From an uncultured Thermus sp. (GTDB taxonomy: Bacteria; Deinococcota; Deinococci; Deinococcales; Thermaceae): a DNA stretch of 64,000 bases. Made by a program: the position numbers and the translations under genes. The notes under the pieces were generated by a model. The model saw only the letters and a program-made list of their open reading frames with translations, ran no database searches and was not told the origin of the DNA. Shown one piece after another: positions 1 to 12,249 of the stretch (position 1 is its first letter; every line of letters begins with the position of its first letter). The DNA lies in the NCBI GenBank assembly GCA_947085095.1, contig CAMTVD010000006.1, positions 1-64,000 of the forward strand. Reading direction: 5' to 3'.

Positions 1-141
1 GAGGGTGTGTGGCGGCGGGTGAAGGGGTTTTTGATGCCTCGGCGGCACTACGGGGGGGTTGAGGAGCTTAGGGAGGCGGTGGTTCAGGCCCTCAAGGCCC
101 TGGGGGGTGTGGAGTTGAAAATCTTGGGGGAGGGTACTTAA
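1..141 (+). mobile_element. 3' end of IS630-family transposase and right end of the IS (runs off the window edge)
   Basis: Frame 1 reads EGVWRRVKGFLMPRRHYGGVEELREAVVQAL...EGT*, resembling the IS630 (NPI)ExxWxxxK motif. The element ends at TA 139-140, the IS630 target dinucleotide, exactly where the hsdS frame turns to nonsense. Confidence 0.75.
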
Positions 142-289
142 TCAACAAATCTGGCTTGCGACCTTTGATTAATTTCACCATCTGCCCTAACCTCACCACC
201 CGCCAGTGGGTGGGGAGGGGGCCGAGTTCGGTCATCTGGTAGCCCTCGGGCAGGTCGGTTGGAGGCGCTGGTGGGGTGGGCCGGGTCAT
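139..289 (-). pseudogene. hsdS: 5' fragment of type I R-M specificity subunit, interrupted by IS630
   Basis: MTRPTPPAPPTDLPEGYQMTELGPLPTHWRVVRLG is a typical HsdS N-terminus. It has a GGAGG SD, lies 18 nt after hsdM, and enters IS sequence after about 50 codons. Confidence 0.8.
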
Positions 290-307
290 GGGCGGACCTC
301 CGTATCC

Positions 308-1879
<1,572 letters not shown>

Positions 1880-1883
1880 GGAC

Positions 1884-3530
1884 TTATTTTAGGGCGAACC
1901 TTAGGGCCGCCTCCACGAACCCGGCGAAGGGGGGCGAGGGGCGCATGGGGCGGCTCTTGAACTCGGGGTGGCTCTGGAGGCCCAGGAAAAAGGGATGGTC
2001 CTTGAGCTCTATGGCCTCCACCAGCCCCGCCCCCCGGCCCTTCATCCCCGGGGTGATGGCGGAGATGACCAGACCCGCCCGCTCCAGCTGGTCCACGTAA
2101 AGGGGGTTCACCTCGTAGCGGTGGCGGTGGCGCTCCAGGGCCTCCTCCCTGCCGTAGAGGCGGTGGAGGAGGGTGCCCTCCCGGATGCGCATGGGCCAGT
2201 CCCCCAGGCGCATGGTCCCGCCTAGCCCCTCCACCTCCATCTGCTCCGGCATGAGGTCAATGACCGGATGGGGGGTGTAGGGGTCAAACTCCGTGGAGTT
2301 CGCCCCCTTAAGCCCCGCCACGTTGCGGGCGAACTCAATGACGGCGATCTGCAGGCCCAAGCAGATGCCCAGGTAAGGAATCTTTCTCTCCCGGGCGTAC
2401 TGGGCCGCCCGCACCTTGCCCTCAATCCCCCGCACGCCGAAGCCCCCGGGAACCAGGATGCCCGCCACGTCGGCGAAGGCCTCGTCCAGGTCCGCCCCTT
2501 CCAGGCTCTCGGCGTCCACCCACTTCACCTCCACCCGGGCCCGGTTCTTGATCCCGGCGTGCTTCAGGGCCTCGAGGAGGGAGAGGTAGGCGTCCGGCAT
2601 CTTCACGTACTTCCCGGCGATGGCGATGCGCACCGTGCGCTCCGGGTTCTTGAGGACGCGCACCGCCTCCTGCCAGAAGGCCAGGTTGGGGAAGACGGCC
2701 TCGAGGCCCAAGGCCCGCTCCACCGCCCGGCCCAGACCCTGCTCCTCCAAGAGAAGGGGCACCTCGTAAAGGTGATCCACGTTGGGGCTAGAGAAGACGT
2801 AGCCGGGGCGCACGTTGGTGAAGAGGGCCACCTTCCTCCTCACCTCCTCGGGAACGGGCTTGGCGGAGCGGAGGACGATGGCGTCGGGCTGGATGCCCAC
2901 GCCCCTCAGGGTGGCCACGGAGTGCTGGGTGGGCTTGGTCTTGAACTCCTCGCTGGTTTCCAGGTAGGGCACCAGGGTGAGGTGGATGTAAAAGGTGTTT
3001 CCCTCTCCCTCGTCAAAGCGGAACTGGCGGATGGCCTCCAAAAAGGGGAGGCTCTCAATGTCCCCCACCGTGCCCCCCACCTCCACCACGGCGATCTCCG
3101 CCCGCTGCTCCTCCGCCACCTTGCGGATCCGCTCCTTGATCTCATCGGTGATGTGGGGGATGACCTGGACCGTCTGGGAAAGGTACTCCCCCCGGCGCTC
3201 CTTCTGGATCACGGAGAGGTAGACCTGGCCCGTGGTGAGGTTGTTGCCCCGGGAGAGGTCCATGTCCAGGAAGCGCTCGTAGTGGCCGATGTCCAAGTCG
3301 GTCTCGGCCCCGTCGGCGGTGACGAAGACCTCCCCGTGCTCGTAGGGGCGCATGGTCCCCGCATCCACGTTCACGTAGGGGTCAATCTTGATGGCCGTGA
3401 CCCGGTACCCCCGGGCCCGGAGAAGGGCCCCCAGGGAAGAGGTGAGAATCCCCTTCCCCAGGCTGGACACCACGCCTCCGGTGACGAACACGTACTTCCT
3501 GGGCTTAGAGCTTTCGGAAACCCCGTTCAC
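1884..3530 (-). CDS. pyrG: CTP synthase
   Basis: [47 protein letters not shown]. Confidence 0.99.
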   Translation of the reverse strand: MNGVSESSKPRKYVFVTGGVVSSLGKGILTSSLGALLRARGYRVTAIKIDPYVNVDAGTMRPYEHGEVFVTADGAETDLDIGHYERFLDMDLSRGNNLTTGQVYLSVIQKERRGEYLSQTVQVIPHITDEIKERIRKVAEEQRAEIAVVEVGGTVGDIESLPFLEAIRQFRFDEGEGNTFYIHLTLVPYLETSEEFKTKPTQHSVATLRGVGIQPDAIVLRSAKPVPEEVRRKVALFTNVRPGYVFSSPNVDHLYEVPLLLEEQGLGRAVERALGLEAVFPNLAFWQEAVRVLKNPERTVRIAIAGKYVKMPDAYLSLLEALKHAGIKNRARVEVKWVDAESLEGADLDEAFADVAGILVPGGFGVRGIEGKVRAAQYARERKIPYLGICLGLQIAVIEFARNVAGLKGANSTEFDPYTPHPVIDLMPEQMEVEGLGGTMRLGDWPMRIREGTLLHRLYGREEALERHRHRYEVNPLYVDQLERAGLVISAITPGMKGRGAGLVEAIELKDHPFFLGLQSHPEFKSRPMRPSPPFAGFVEAALRFALK

Positions 3531-3663
3531 GGGACCTCAGCCTACCATATCTGGCAAAGTGGGCCAGGGTTGTGGTAAAGTTTTCTTTGGCGTTCTTGCG
3601 GGGTCCCCCGATCCCCCGTCAAGAGCGAAAGCGCTTTGCCCAGAAACGTCAAGGAGGGCCCTG

Positions 3664-4089
3664 GTGAAGACGTACGTGCCTAAAGAGATTGAACCCCGCT
3701 GGGTTCTCATAGACGCCCAGGGGAAGACACTGGGCCGGTTGGCCACCCAGATCGCCACGCTCCTCCGGGGCAAGCACCGCCCCGACTGGACCCCCAACGT
3801 GGCCATGGGGGACTTTGTGGTGGTGGTGAACGCCGACAAGATCCACCTCACCGGCAAAAAGCTGAAGCAGAAGATCTACACCCGCTACAGCGGGTACCAG
3901 GGCGGTCTCAAGGAGATTCCCGCCGAGAAGATGCTTTCCACCCACCCCGAGCGGGTGCTGGAGCACGCGGTGAAGGGGATGCTCCCCAAGGGGCCCCTGG
4001 GCCGCAGGCTCTTCAAGCGCCTCAAGGTCTACGCCGGGCCCACCCACCCCCACCAGGCCCAGAAGCCCGTGAAGCTGGAGGTCCAGTGA
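3664..4089 (+). CDS. rplM: 50S ribosomal protein L13
   Basis: [27 protein letters not shown] start after AGGAGG. Confidence 0.98.
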   Translation: MKTYVPKEIEPRWVLIDAQGKTLGRLATQIATLLRGKHRPDWTPNVAMGDFVVVVNADKIHLTGKKLKQKIYTRYSGYQGGLKEIPAEKMLSTHPERVLEHAVKGMLPKGPLGRRLFKRLKVYAGPTHPHQAQKPVKLEVQ

Positions 4090-4475
4090 TGGAGCAGTAC
4101 TACGGCACCGGAAGGCGCAAGGAGGCGGTGGCCCGGGTTTTTCTAAGGCCCGGAAGCGGTAAGGTCACGGTAAACGGCCAGGACTTCACGGATTACTTCC
4201 AGGGCATCGTGCGGGCGGTGGCGGCCCTGGAGCCCCTCAGGGTGGTGGACGCCCTGGGCCGCTTTGACGCCTACATCACCGTGGCGGGCGGCGGCAAGAG
4301 CGGCCAGGTGGACGCCATCAAGCTGGGCGTGGCCCGGGCCCTCCTGCGGTACAACCCCGACTACCGGGCCAAGCTGAAGCCCCTGGGGCTTCTCACCCGG
4401 GACGCCCGCGTGGTGGAACGGAAGAAGTACGGCAAGCACAAGGCCCGCCGCGCCCCCCAGTACTCCAAGCGTTAG
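4089..4475 (+). CDS. rpsI: 30S ribosomal protein S9
   Basis: [13 protein letters not shown]-terminus [18 protein letters not shown]. Confidence 0.99.
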   Translation: MEQYYGTGRRKEAVARVFLRPGSGKVTVNGQDFTDYFQGIVRAVAALEPLRVVDALGRFDAYITVAGGGKSGQVDAIKLGVARALLRYNPDYRAKLKPLGLLTRDARVVERKKYGKHKARRAPQYSKR

Positions 4476-7069
4476 CCTCCTTCCCCTCCCTCCCCTGGGG
4501 CCTCCCCAGGGGGGATGTCCTTTAGGGCCCTCTCCAGCTCCTCCGGGGTAAAGGGGTGAACCCTTTTGTGGCGCAGGTAGACCAGCCGGGCCTCGGCCTC
4601 CACCCCCCAGGCCTCCCTTAGGGCCTTGCGGTAAAGGGCCAGCTGGAAACGGTAGGCCCCGGGGTCCACCTCGAGGTCGGTCTTGTAGTCCTCCAGGTAC
4701 CATCGGCCCCCAGCCCGGTAGAGGCGGTCCAGAACCCCATACCAGACGGTACCCCCCAAGGGCAGGACCAGGGGGAGCTCGGCGTGGTCCTCTTCCCGCC
4801 CCTCTAAGGGAACGAGGTGGGTCCTAAGCATTTCCCGGTAGCGGCGGAGGAGATTCCGCACCTCTCCCAAAAGCCGCCCCTTCACCTCCTCGGCGAAGGG
4901 GAAGGCCACCTCCTGGAGGAGGAGGGCGGCCATGGCCCCCTCGTCCTCGGGGTCCAGGTCCCGGGCGATGGCGTAGTGGACCAGGGTGCCCAGGGCCCGG
5001 GGGAACTCGGGCAGGGCCTCCTTCTCCAGGGCCTCGGCCAAGGGCAGGGGCTCTTGGGCCTTCTTGTAGGCGCTGGGGGAGTAGACCCAGGGCAGGGGCC
5101 TCTTGGGAAAGCTGTGGAAGGCGTAGGGAGCGGGCTTTGGGGGCGAAGGCCAGGCCGGGGAGGCGGCGGGAAGGGGGGCATCCCCCACCCCGTGGCGGCG
5201 CACCAGGGGGTCTTGGCTCTCCGGGCCCAGGCCCAGCCGCTCCAGGGCCTCCACCCAGGGGCCCGGGCGTCCCGTGGCGCTTCCCGTGACGATGAGGACA
5301 TCCCTGGCCCGGGACAAGGCCACGTAGAGGAGGCGGAGGGCCTCCTCTTCCTGGGCTTCTTTCAGAGCCCTCTGCACCTGGGTAAAGGCAGGGGTGCCCC
5401 TCAGGACCACCTCGCCCCCTAGGCCCACCAGCAGGGGCTCCCCTTGGGACCTTTCCCCCCGGGAGAGGTCAAAGAGGGCCACCACTGGCCACTCCAGCCC
5501 CTTGGCCCCGTGGACGGTGAGGAGGCTCACCCCCTCCGCCCCCTCGGGAAGCTCGGAGGCCTCGGGGTCCTGGGCCCGGGTCTTCAGCCAGTCCAGGAGG
5601 GCCTCGAGGTCGGGGAAGCGTTCCATGGCCGCAAGGAGGAGGAGGGTGTCCAGGTTGGCCCGGGCCCTCGGGGACAGCCGCCTAAGGAGGCCCTCCTCCT
5701 GGGCCAGGCGCTTCAGGGCCTCCAACGGGGAGAGCCCGGCCAGCTCTTTGAGCCTCCCCAGCCTCTCCTGAACCTCAGGGGGGAGAAGGGGAAGGGGGTC
5801 AGGGGCCTGCAGGGCTTCCTCCACCTGGGAAAGGTCCAGGCCCACCCAGGGCCCCCGCAGAAAGGCCAGGAGGGAGAGGCGGTCCTCCGGGCTCAGGGGA
5901 CCCTCGAGGCGGGAAAGCCTCAGGGCGTGGTAGAGGTCCCGCACCTCCGGCCGGGTAAAGAAGCTCCGCCCCCGCCTGAGGCCATAGGGCACCCCGTGGG
6001 CGCGGAAGGCCTCCTCCAGGTAGGGGAAGCTGGTCCGGCTCCGCACCAGGACCGCCATCTCCTGGAAGGCGTACCCCTCCTCCCCGAGGGCGAGAAGCCG
6101 CCTGGCGAGAAGGTCCGCCTCGGTCCGCCGCCTTTCCTCCAGGTCCTTCCCCCCCAGCACCCAGTGGACCTCCACCCGGCCCTCCGCCTCCCGGTGGGGC
6201 TTCACCTCCACCCCTTCCTCCCCGAAGAGGATGCAAAAACGGTTCAAAAAGGCGGCCACCGCCCTGGCGTGGCGGAAGGTGGTGTCAAGGTGGCGCACCG
6301 CCTCCGCCCCCTTCAGAGCTTCCCGGAAAACCTCCACCCGGGCGTTGCGGAAGAGGTAGATGGACTGCTTGGGGTCCCCCACGGCCACCACCTGCGCCCC
6401 CGCCTTCTCCAGGGCCTGGAAGAAGCGGCCCTGGAGGGGCCCCGTGTCCTGGTACTCGTCCACCAGGACGTGGGGGAAGCGCTCCACCACCCGCTTTAAG
6501 GCCTTGGGGTCTTCCAGGAGGCGGAGGGCCAGGACCTCGAGGTCGGAGGGCCCCAAGGCGGTCACGGTGCGCCTCCGGTAGCGGGCAAGGGCCTCCTGAA
6601 AGAGGCTAAAAACGGCCTCCGCTCCCGGAAGGGGGCGAAGTTCCTGGGCCAGGGTCCGCCTCCGGTAGAGGGTGAGAAGGGGCCCTTCCCAGGCCCCGTC
6701 CAGCCCCCGCAGGTAGAGGAGGCTTCGCACCTCCTCCAGGAAGAGGGCTTCGGCCAGAAGTTCGTCCACGACGGCAAAATCTGGGTCCAAGGAAAGCAAA
6801 GGGGCGGTGTGGCGCAAGGCCTCGGCCATGAAGCCGTGGATGGTGGTGAAGAGGGCCCCGTACACCTCCCGGGCCACCTCCTGGGCCAAGGGGGAGGACT
6901 CCCGCAAAACCCTTTCCCTGGCCCGGCGCCTGAGCTCCTCCGCCGCCTTGCGGGTGAAGGTGACCGCGGCCACGCGCCTCAGGGGCACCCCGCTCCGCAC
7001 AAGGCCCATGAGCTCCTCCACCAGGGCGTGGGTCTTCCCCGTTCCAGCGGAGGCCACGTATAGCCTCAT
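4472..7069 (-). CDS. addA: AddA-like UvrD-type helicase with C-terminal PD-(D/E)xK nuclease
   Basis: [41 protein letters not shown]; nuclease GVLDRLY...EDYKT. Confidence 0.9.
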   Translation of the reverse strand: MRLYVASAGTGKTHALVEELMGLVRSGVPLRRVAAVTFTRKAAEELRRRARERVLRESSPLAQEVAREVYGALFTTIHGFMAEALRHTAPLLSLDPDFAVVDELLAEALFLEEVRSLLYLRGLDGAWEGPLLTLYRRRTLAQELRPLPGAEAVFSLFQEALARYRRRTVTALGPSDLEVLALRLLEDPKALKRVVERFPHVLVDEYQDTGPLQGRFFQALEKAGAQVVAVGDPKQSIYLFRNARVEVFREALKGAEAVRHLDTTFRHARAVAAFLNRFCILFGEEGVEVKPHREAEGRVEVHWVLGGKDLEERRRTEADLLARRLLALGEEGYAFQEMAVLVRSRTSFPYLEEAFRAHGVPYGLRRGRSFFTRPEVRDLYHALRLSRLEGPLSPEDRLSLLAFLRGPWVGLDLSQVEEALQAPDPLPLLPPEVQERLGRLKELAGLSPLEALKRLAQEEGLLRRLSPRARANLDTLLLLAAMERFPDLEALLDWLKTRAQDPEASELPEGAEGVSLLTVHGAKGLEWPVVALFDLSRGERSQGEPLLVGLGGEVVLRGTPAFTQVQRALKEAQEEEALRLLYVALSRARDVLIVTGSATGRPGPWVEALERLGLGPESQDPLVRRHGVGDAPLPAASPAWPSPPKPAPYAFHSFPKRPLPWVYSPSAYKKAQEPLPLAEALEKEALPEFPRALGTLVHYAIARDLDPEDEGAMAALLLQEVAFPFAEEVKGRLLGEVRNLLRRYREMLRTHLVPLEGREEDHAELPLVLPLGGTVWYGVLDRLYRAGGRWYLEDYKTDLEVDPGAYRFQLALYRKALREAWGVEAEARLVYLRHKRVHPFTPEELERALKDIPPGEAPGEGGEGG
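4492..4512 (+). terminator. Hairpin just after rpsI, inside the convergent addA 3' end; possible terminator
   Basis: CCCCTGGGG-cct-CCCCAGGGG, 16 nt after the rpsI stop; no U-tract. Confidence 0.4.
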
Positions 7070-9282
7070 GCTTCCTCCTTGCGGCAGATGTCCTGGAAAT
7101 GGCAGGTATGGCAGTAGTTCCCGGGCCTAGGGGCGAAAGGCCCCTCCCGCCAGAGGGCTAGGGCCTGTTGCAACAGGGGGTCTATCTCCTTCAAGGCGGG
7201 AGGTCTCTCCCCCTTACGGTAGGGGGTTGTACGGTAAAGACTGGGCTCAGCGAGCCAAGGCCAAAACCACAGATAGACAGCTTCCACTTTTCTTTTGAAC
7301 CTTCCCTGGGTAAGCTCCTCTATAGCTTTCCACTCGGTCCAGCGCCTCCTGGGCCCCAGATCGGGCCGGGCCTCGGCCGGGAGGAGGCGGTAGATGTGGA
7401 CGGTGTCCCCCTCCCACCGCACCCCGTCCAGGTACAGACGATAGTGCTCCCGCTCCCAGGGGACGAAGAAGCGCATCTCCTTTAAGTGCTCCTGGTGGGC
7501 CTCATACCAGGAAGCCACCCTGGGGTCCTGGGCCAGGCGAAGGGGGTCCTTGGCCAGGGTGAACCAGCCCGGGGTCCCGTCCTCCTCTAAGGTGGGGAAC
7601 CTCCCCAGGTAGACCCTGAGGGGGCATTCCTCCAGGAGGCGGCGCAGGCCCTCGAGGCCAGGGAACCCCTTGGCCCCTGAGGGCAGGGGGGGCTGGAAGG
7701 GCTCGGGGTCTAGGGCCTCGAGGCGGCTACTGGGAGGGAGAGGCTCGGGCCTTTTGCCCTCGGCCAGGGGCTCCAAGGGGCCCGAGGGGCCCGCCTCGGG
7801 GTAGAGGAGGTAGACCTCCTCCCCGCGGCTCGCCATCTCCTCCTGGAAGAGGGGGTCCAGGCCCCGAAGCCTCTTGGGAAGCCCCTTTAGAAGGCCCCGC
7901 TCCCGAAGCTCTTCCAGGAGGAAGTAGTCCTCCCTCTCCCCCAGGGTGTACCGCCCCGCCACCCACTCCAGCACGTAGGCCCTTCTGGCCCTGACCCCCG
8001 TGGCCCTGAGAGGAGGGAGGACGGGAATCCCCTTCCCCACCTCCGGGGGGAGGGTTTCGTCCAGGAGGAGGCTCCGCCACCAGGGGAGGGGGTCGGCCCG
8101 GTCCACCCGGAGGGCCAGGCGCAGGCGGGAGAGGAAGGGCTCCTTGGCCGAGACCCCAAGCCTCTCCAAGACCTCCTCCCCCCAGGCCAGGGGGTCTTCG
8201 CCCGGGGTGCGGAGGGCCAGGAAGGCCCGCCACTCTTCCAAAAGCCCCTCCCGCTCGGCGAGAAGCCCCAGGGCCTCCTCCCCGGCAAGCCCCAGGCGCA
8301 AGGCCCGCCGACCCAGGGCGGAAAAGCCCAGGACCAGGAGGTCCCGCCCCGAGGGAAAGGGGTTGAGGAGGGACAGGACCCTCTCCCCTTCTTCCGTCTC
8401 CGCCAGGCTCCGCTCCCGGCCGTCCTCCAGAGGCAGGCCGTACTCCTCCTTGAGGAGAAGCAGCCCCCCGATGCGGTCCTCCGGGGCCACCACAAAGACC
8501 TCCTCCGGCCTAAGCCCCTCGCCCCCCAGGGCCTTGGGGGCCAGGGCCCGCTTCAGGGCCTTGAGGAGGTGGCGGCTTTCCTCCACGAGGTTGGCAAAGC
8601 GCCATACCTCCCGCCTCAGGGGCCTTGGGGGAAGTTCCCTCCAGGGGGTGAGGCCCTCGGGGAGGACCTCGAGGGTGAGGAGGACGGGCACCCTGGCGGC
8701 CAGGCGGCGGAAGAAGCGGAGGTCCAAGGGCCCCACCTCCCGGAAGCCGTCCACCACCACCAGGTGGGGCTCGGGAAAGAGGCGTAAGGGCGCTTTGAGG
8801 GCCTGGTAGCGGAAGTCGTCGTAGTCCAGGCTTCCCCGCTTAAGGCGCTCGTAAGCGAAGTAGACCCGCCTGAGCCTCCCCGCCTCCCCCTCCTTGGGCA
8901 GGGCGAAGGGGGAAAGGCCAAAACGCTTCAGCTCGGCGATGGCCCGGGCGAAGAGCCTGGCCTCTCCCGGGGAGACCTCGGGCCCCATAAGCTCCCGCAA
9001 GGCCTCCCCCACCAGGGCCACCCGCCCCGCCCCCGGCAGCAGGGGCCTAAGCCAGCCGGCCTCGGCCAGGACTCGGTAGTAGAGGGCCTGGAGGGAGAGG
9101 AACTCCAGGCCCAAGAAGGCCCCCCTGGCGGCAAGGAGGCGGTAGACGTAGGCCCGCTGGTGGGGAAGCCCCACCCAGAGGACCCGGCCCCGTCCCTTCA
9201 GGACCTCCAGGGCCCAGTCCAAGGCCAGGCTGGTCTTCCCGGAGGCGGGAGGCCCCAAGACGGGATAGAGGCCCGGCTCCAT
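7066..9282 (-). CDS. addB: AddB-like subunit with Fe-S staple cysteines and degenerate nuclease motif
   Basis: N-terminal GPPASGKT; EECP plus C-terminal CHTCHFQDIC (1+3 Cys); 4-nt overlap with addA. Confidence 0.8.
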   Translation of the reverse strand: MEPGLYPVLGPPASGKTSLALDWALEVLKGRGRVLWVGLPHQRAYVYRLLAARGAFLGLEFLSLQALYYRVLAEAGWLRPLLPGAGRVALVGEALRELMGPEVSPGEARLFARAIAELKRFGLSPFALPKEGEAGRLRRVYFAYERLKRGSLDYDDFRYQALKAPLRLFPEPHLVVVDGFREVGPLDLRFFRRLAARVPVLLTLEVLPEGLTPWRELPPRPLRREVWRFANLVEESRHLLKALKRALAPKALGGEGLRPEEVFVVAPEDRIGGLLLLKEEYGLPLEDGRERSLAETEEGERVLSLLNPFPSGRDLLVLGFSALGRRALRLGLAGEEALGLLAEREGLLEEWRAFLALRTPGEDPLAWGEEVLERLGVSAKEPFLSRLRLALRVDRADPLPWWRSLLLDETLPPEVGKGIPVLPPLRATGVRARRAYVLEWVAGRYTLGEREDYFLLEELRERGLLKGLPKRLRGLDPLFQEEMASRGEEVYLLYPEAGPSGPLEPLAEGKRPEPLPPSSRLEALDPEPFQPPLPSGAKGFPGLEGLRRLLEECPLRVYLGRFPTLEEDGTPGWFTLAKDPLRLAQDPRVASWYEAHQEHLKEMRFFVPWEREHYRLYLDGVRWEGDTVHIYRLLPAEARPDLGPRRRWTEWKAIEELTQGRFKRKVEAVYLWFWPWLAEPSLYRTTPYRKGERPPALKEIDPLLQQALALWREGPFAPRPGNYCHTCHFQDICRKEEA

Positions 9283-9306
9283 ACAAGGGGCATTCTAAGC
9301 CCCGGC

Positions 9307-9708
9307 CTAGGGCAGCTCGGGAAGGGGCAGGGGTTTCAGGTCCTCCCCCAGGCGGAGCACCCCCACCACCCGGCCCCGGTGGAGAACGAAGCAACGGTAC
9401 TCCCCGGGGAGGACCACCACCCAACGGGCTAAGGAAAGCTCCCTCAGGAAGGGGACGGGGCGTCTGGGCAAGAGCCTGCCCCGGGGCGGGCCCAGGTGGG
9501 GCATGGGCCTTCCCCGCTCCAGGGCGAGGAGCAAAAGGGGTTTTTCCCGGCCCAGGAGGACCAGGGTGATTCCCTCCTCCTGGTAGAGGCCCAGGACCTC
9601 CAGGCCCCGGAGGATCTCCAGGCAGCCCCTAAGGGCCACCTGTGAACCGGACCCCTCCCCCAGGGCCACGCCGAGGAGGAAGAGGAGGAGGGGTCCGAGC
9701 CTTTTCAT
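9307..9708 (-). CDS. Hypothetical exported protein
   Basis: Signal-peptide-like MKRLGPLLLFLLGVALG; directly abuts the upstream gene. Confidence 0.7.
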   Translation of the reverse strand: MKRLGPLLLFLLGVALGEGSGSQVALRGCLEILRGLEVLGLYQEEGITLVLLGREKPLLLLALERGRPMPHLGPPRGRLLPRRPVPFLRELSLARWVVVLPGEYRCFVLHRGRVVGVLRLGEDLKPLPLPELP

Positions 9709-10302
9709 CTAGAACCCACGCTCCGCCGAAATCAGGGCCAGGGCCGCCCGGGCGAGGAGGAAGGCCCGCTGGGGCTCCTTCTCCAGCCGGCCCTTGGCCT
9801 CAGCAATGAGGCTCCTCACCAGGGGATCCTGGGCGCGGTAGTAAGCAAGCTCCTTCTCCGCCCGGTCCACGGCCCGGTGCGCCATCTCCTTCAGGCGAAG
9901 GGTAGGGTCCTGCACCTGGCCGCGGTGCCCAGGGGCGAAGCCGTGAGGACGCCCCATCCCCCACTCCCTGTGGCGGAGCCCGAAAGCCCGCTCGGCCGGA
10001 GCCCGGAACTGCCCGCGAAGCCCAGCCTTAGGAGCCTCTCCCTGGGCCGCCCGGAAGAGCGCCAGGGCTGCCTGAGCCTCCCTAAAGGCCTTGAAGGGGT
10101 TCTTGGCCTCGTAGCTCTTCTCCGCCCGGGCCTTCACCTCCTTGGCCCAAGTGAGGAGCTTCTCCTCCCCAGAAACCTGCTGGGCCACCGTCTGGAGCCG
10201 GGCCAAGGCCATGGCTGCCTGGGCCTCCCGCCGGTAGTCCACACCCTGGGCCAGGGAAAGGCCCGCCACTAAGAAGAGCACGCCGAACAGCGCCTTTTTC
10301 AT
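9709..10302 (-). CDS. Hypothetical exported helical protein
   Basis: Signal peptide MKKALFGVLFLVAGLSLA after GGAGG; two similar helical segments around a Gly/His/Arg-rich linker. Confidence 0.75.
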   Translation of the reverse strand: MKKALFGVLFLVAGLSLAQGVDYRREAQAAMALARLQTVAQQVSGEEKLLTWAKEVKARAEKSYEAKNPFKAFREAQAALALFRAAQGEAPKAGLRGQFRAPAERAFGLRHREWGMGRPHGFAPGHRGQVQDPTLRLKEMAHRAVDRAEKELAYYRAQDPLVRSLIAEAKGRLEKEPQRAFLLARAALALISAERGF

Positions 10303-10325
10303 CCCCATCACCTCCAAGGTCCAGG

Positions 10326-11630
10326 CTAGCCCTCTTCCCTAAAGGGCGCACCGGGGGAAACCTTAAGGGAGGCCAAAGGGAGGGATACCCCCACCGCCGC
10401 CCCGCCCCGGTTCTCTGCCCTGGCCTTCCCTCCATGGAGGCGGGCCACGGCGGCCACCAGGGCCAGGCCCAGCCCCGTTCCCGCCCCCCCGTGGACGAAG
10501 GGCTCGAGGGCCCGGGGAAGGAGGTCCTCCGGGAAGCCAGGCCCCGAGTCCACGAGCCAAAGCCACACCCTCTCCCCTTCCCGCTCCAGGTAGGCCCGCA
10601 CGGGCGGCTTACCGTGGCGGCGGGCGTTTTCCAGGATGTTTTCCACCGCCAGGGCCAGGAGCTCCGGGTCCCCCAGGACCACCGCCTCCCCCGCCACCGC
10701 CACCCCCTTCTCCTCCAAAAAGGCCCGCAGGTCCAGGGGTCTGGGGTTGTGGGGAGTGGCCTCCAGCTGGGAAAGCCGGAGGAGCCCGGAAAGCCTGGCC
10801 TCCAGACGGGCCGTCTCCCTAAGGGCCCCCTCCAGGGCCCGGGGCTCGGGCTTGCGCCTCAAGACCTCCAGGTAACCCTTGAGGGCGGTGAGGGGAGTGC
10901 GGAGCTCGTGGGAGGCGTGGTGGGCGAAGCGGCGGGCCAGGGCCTCTTTCTCAGACAGCTCCCGAAGAAGGCCCCCTATCCGGGAGAAAAGGGCGTTTAA
11001 AACCCCCACCACCGGGCGGAGTTCGCTGAGGCCCGGGTCAGGGAGAGGGTGCAGGTCCCCGGGCGAACGAACCCGCAAACTGGCCTCCAAGCGCCGCAAG
11101 GGGCCCAAAGCCCAGGAGAGGACCCAGGCGGAAAGGAGGAGCACCCCAAGGAAAAGCCCCCCGCCCCAGGTAGCGTAGAGGAGCATAAGCCTCTCTCCCA
11201 AGCGGGAAACCCCCTCCAAGGGCACCGCCAGGCCAAAGCCCAGGCCTTCCCCGGGCAAGGCCACGTAGAGGGTTCCCCACCTCACCTCCTGGTAGGGCCG
11301 CCCCTCCCTTAGGGTGGGCCAGAGGTCCGGGGGCAGGGGCCAGGCCTCCACCTGGGTAAAGCGCACCCCCTCTTCCTTGACCACGAAGCCCACCCCACCC
11401 CCGAAAAGCTGGCCCAGACGAAAGAGTTCCAAAAGGATGGCTTCCTCTGCGCCGGAACCCTCCTCTTTGAGGAGAAAGAGCCGGACAAAGAGGGCCCGCC
11501 TCAGATCCTCGGCCGCCGCCCTCTCCGCCTCCTTCACCGAGACCCAGGCCAGGGGGAGGAGGAGGAGGAGAAGGGCAAGGAGGAGGAGGGCGAAGAGCCT
11601 CGCCCTAAGGGAGGAAAAGGCGGTAGCCAT
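10326..11630 (-). CDS. Two-component sensor histidine kinase
   Basis: Two TM helices, H-box SHELRTPL, N-box ENARRHG, DSGPG, GTGLGLA. Confidence 0.95.
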   Translation of the reverse strand: MATAFSSLRARLFALLLLALLLLLLPLAWVSVKEAERAAAEDLRRALFVRLFLLKEEGSGAEEAILLELFRLGQLFGGGVGFVVKEEGVRFTQVEAWPLPPDLWPTLREGRPYQEVRWGTLYVALPGEGLGFGLAVPLEGVSRLGERLMLLYATWGGGLFLGVLLLSAWVLSWALGPLRRLEASLRVRSPGDLHPLPDPGLSELRPVVGVLNALFSRIGGLLRELSEKEALARRFAHHASHELRTPLTALKGYLEVLRRKPEPRALEGALRETARLEARLSGLLRLSQLEATPHNPRPLDLRAFLEEKGVAVAGEAVVLGDPELLALAVENILENARRHGKPPVRAYLEREGERVWLWLVDSGPGFPEDLLPRALEPFVHGGAGTGLGLALVAAVARLHGGKARAENRGGAAVGVSLPLASLKVSPGAPFREEG

Positions 11631-12249
11631 AGCCGCGCACCGTCTGGATGGGGTTGGGCTCCCCCAAGGCCTTGCGCAGGGTGGAGAGGTGGACCTCCAG
11701 GGTGGCGGGCTCCACCTCCTCCCCCCAGACCCTGAGCATCAGAACCTCCTTGGGGATCACCTCCTCCGGGGACTCCAAGAAGGCCTTGAGGAGGAGGAAG
11801 GCCTTGGGGGAAAGGCTTAAGCGCCTCTCCCCCCGGTAGGCCTCCATGCGCCTGGGGTAGAGGCGGAGGTCCTTATAGGCGAGCACCTCCTCCCTGCGCC
11901 GCGCCCGGCGGGTGAGGGCCTCGAGGCGGGCCAAAAGCTCCTGGAGGCTATAGGGCTTCACCAGGTAATCGTCCGCCCCCTCCCTTAGCCCCTTGACCCG
12001 CCACTCCACCGCATCCAAGGCGGTGAGCATGAGGACGGGCACCTCCGAGCGGGCCCTTATCTCCTTGAGGAGGGCAAACCCGTCCCCCTCAGGCAGGAGG
12101 ATGTCCAGGACCACCGCCTCCGCCCAGGGAAGGAGGGCTAGGGCCTCTTGGGGGCTTTGCGTGGCCTTGACCTCGTGCCCTTCCAAGGAGAGGCCCAGCT
12201 CCAAGGCCTCCCGCACCCCGGGGTCGTCCTCCACCAAGAGGATCCTCAT
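11605..12249 (-). CDS. OmpR-family response regulator
   Basis: [32 protein letters not shown]. Confidence 0.95.
   Translation of the reverse strand: MRILLVEDDPGVREALELGLSLEGHEVKATQSPQEALALLPWAEAVVLDILLPEGDGFALLKEIRARSEVPVLMLTALDAVEWRVKGLREGADDYLVKPYSLQELLARLEALTRRARRREEVLAYKDLRLYPRRMEAYRGERRLSLSPKAFLLLKAFLESPEEVIPKEVLMLRVWGEEVEPATLEVHLSTLRKALGEPNPIQTVRGYGYRLFLP

Noticed and set aside
7066..7700. Cas4-like Fe-S nuclease suggesting a CRISPR locus
   Set aside because: It is the AddB C-terminus next to addA; no cas genes or repeat-spacer array are visible in the window.
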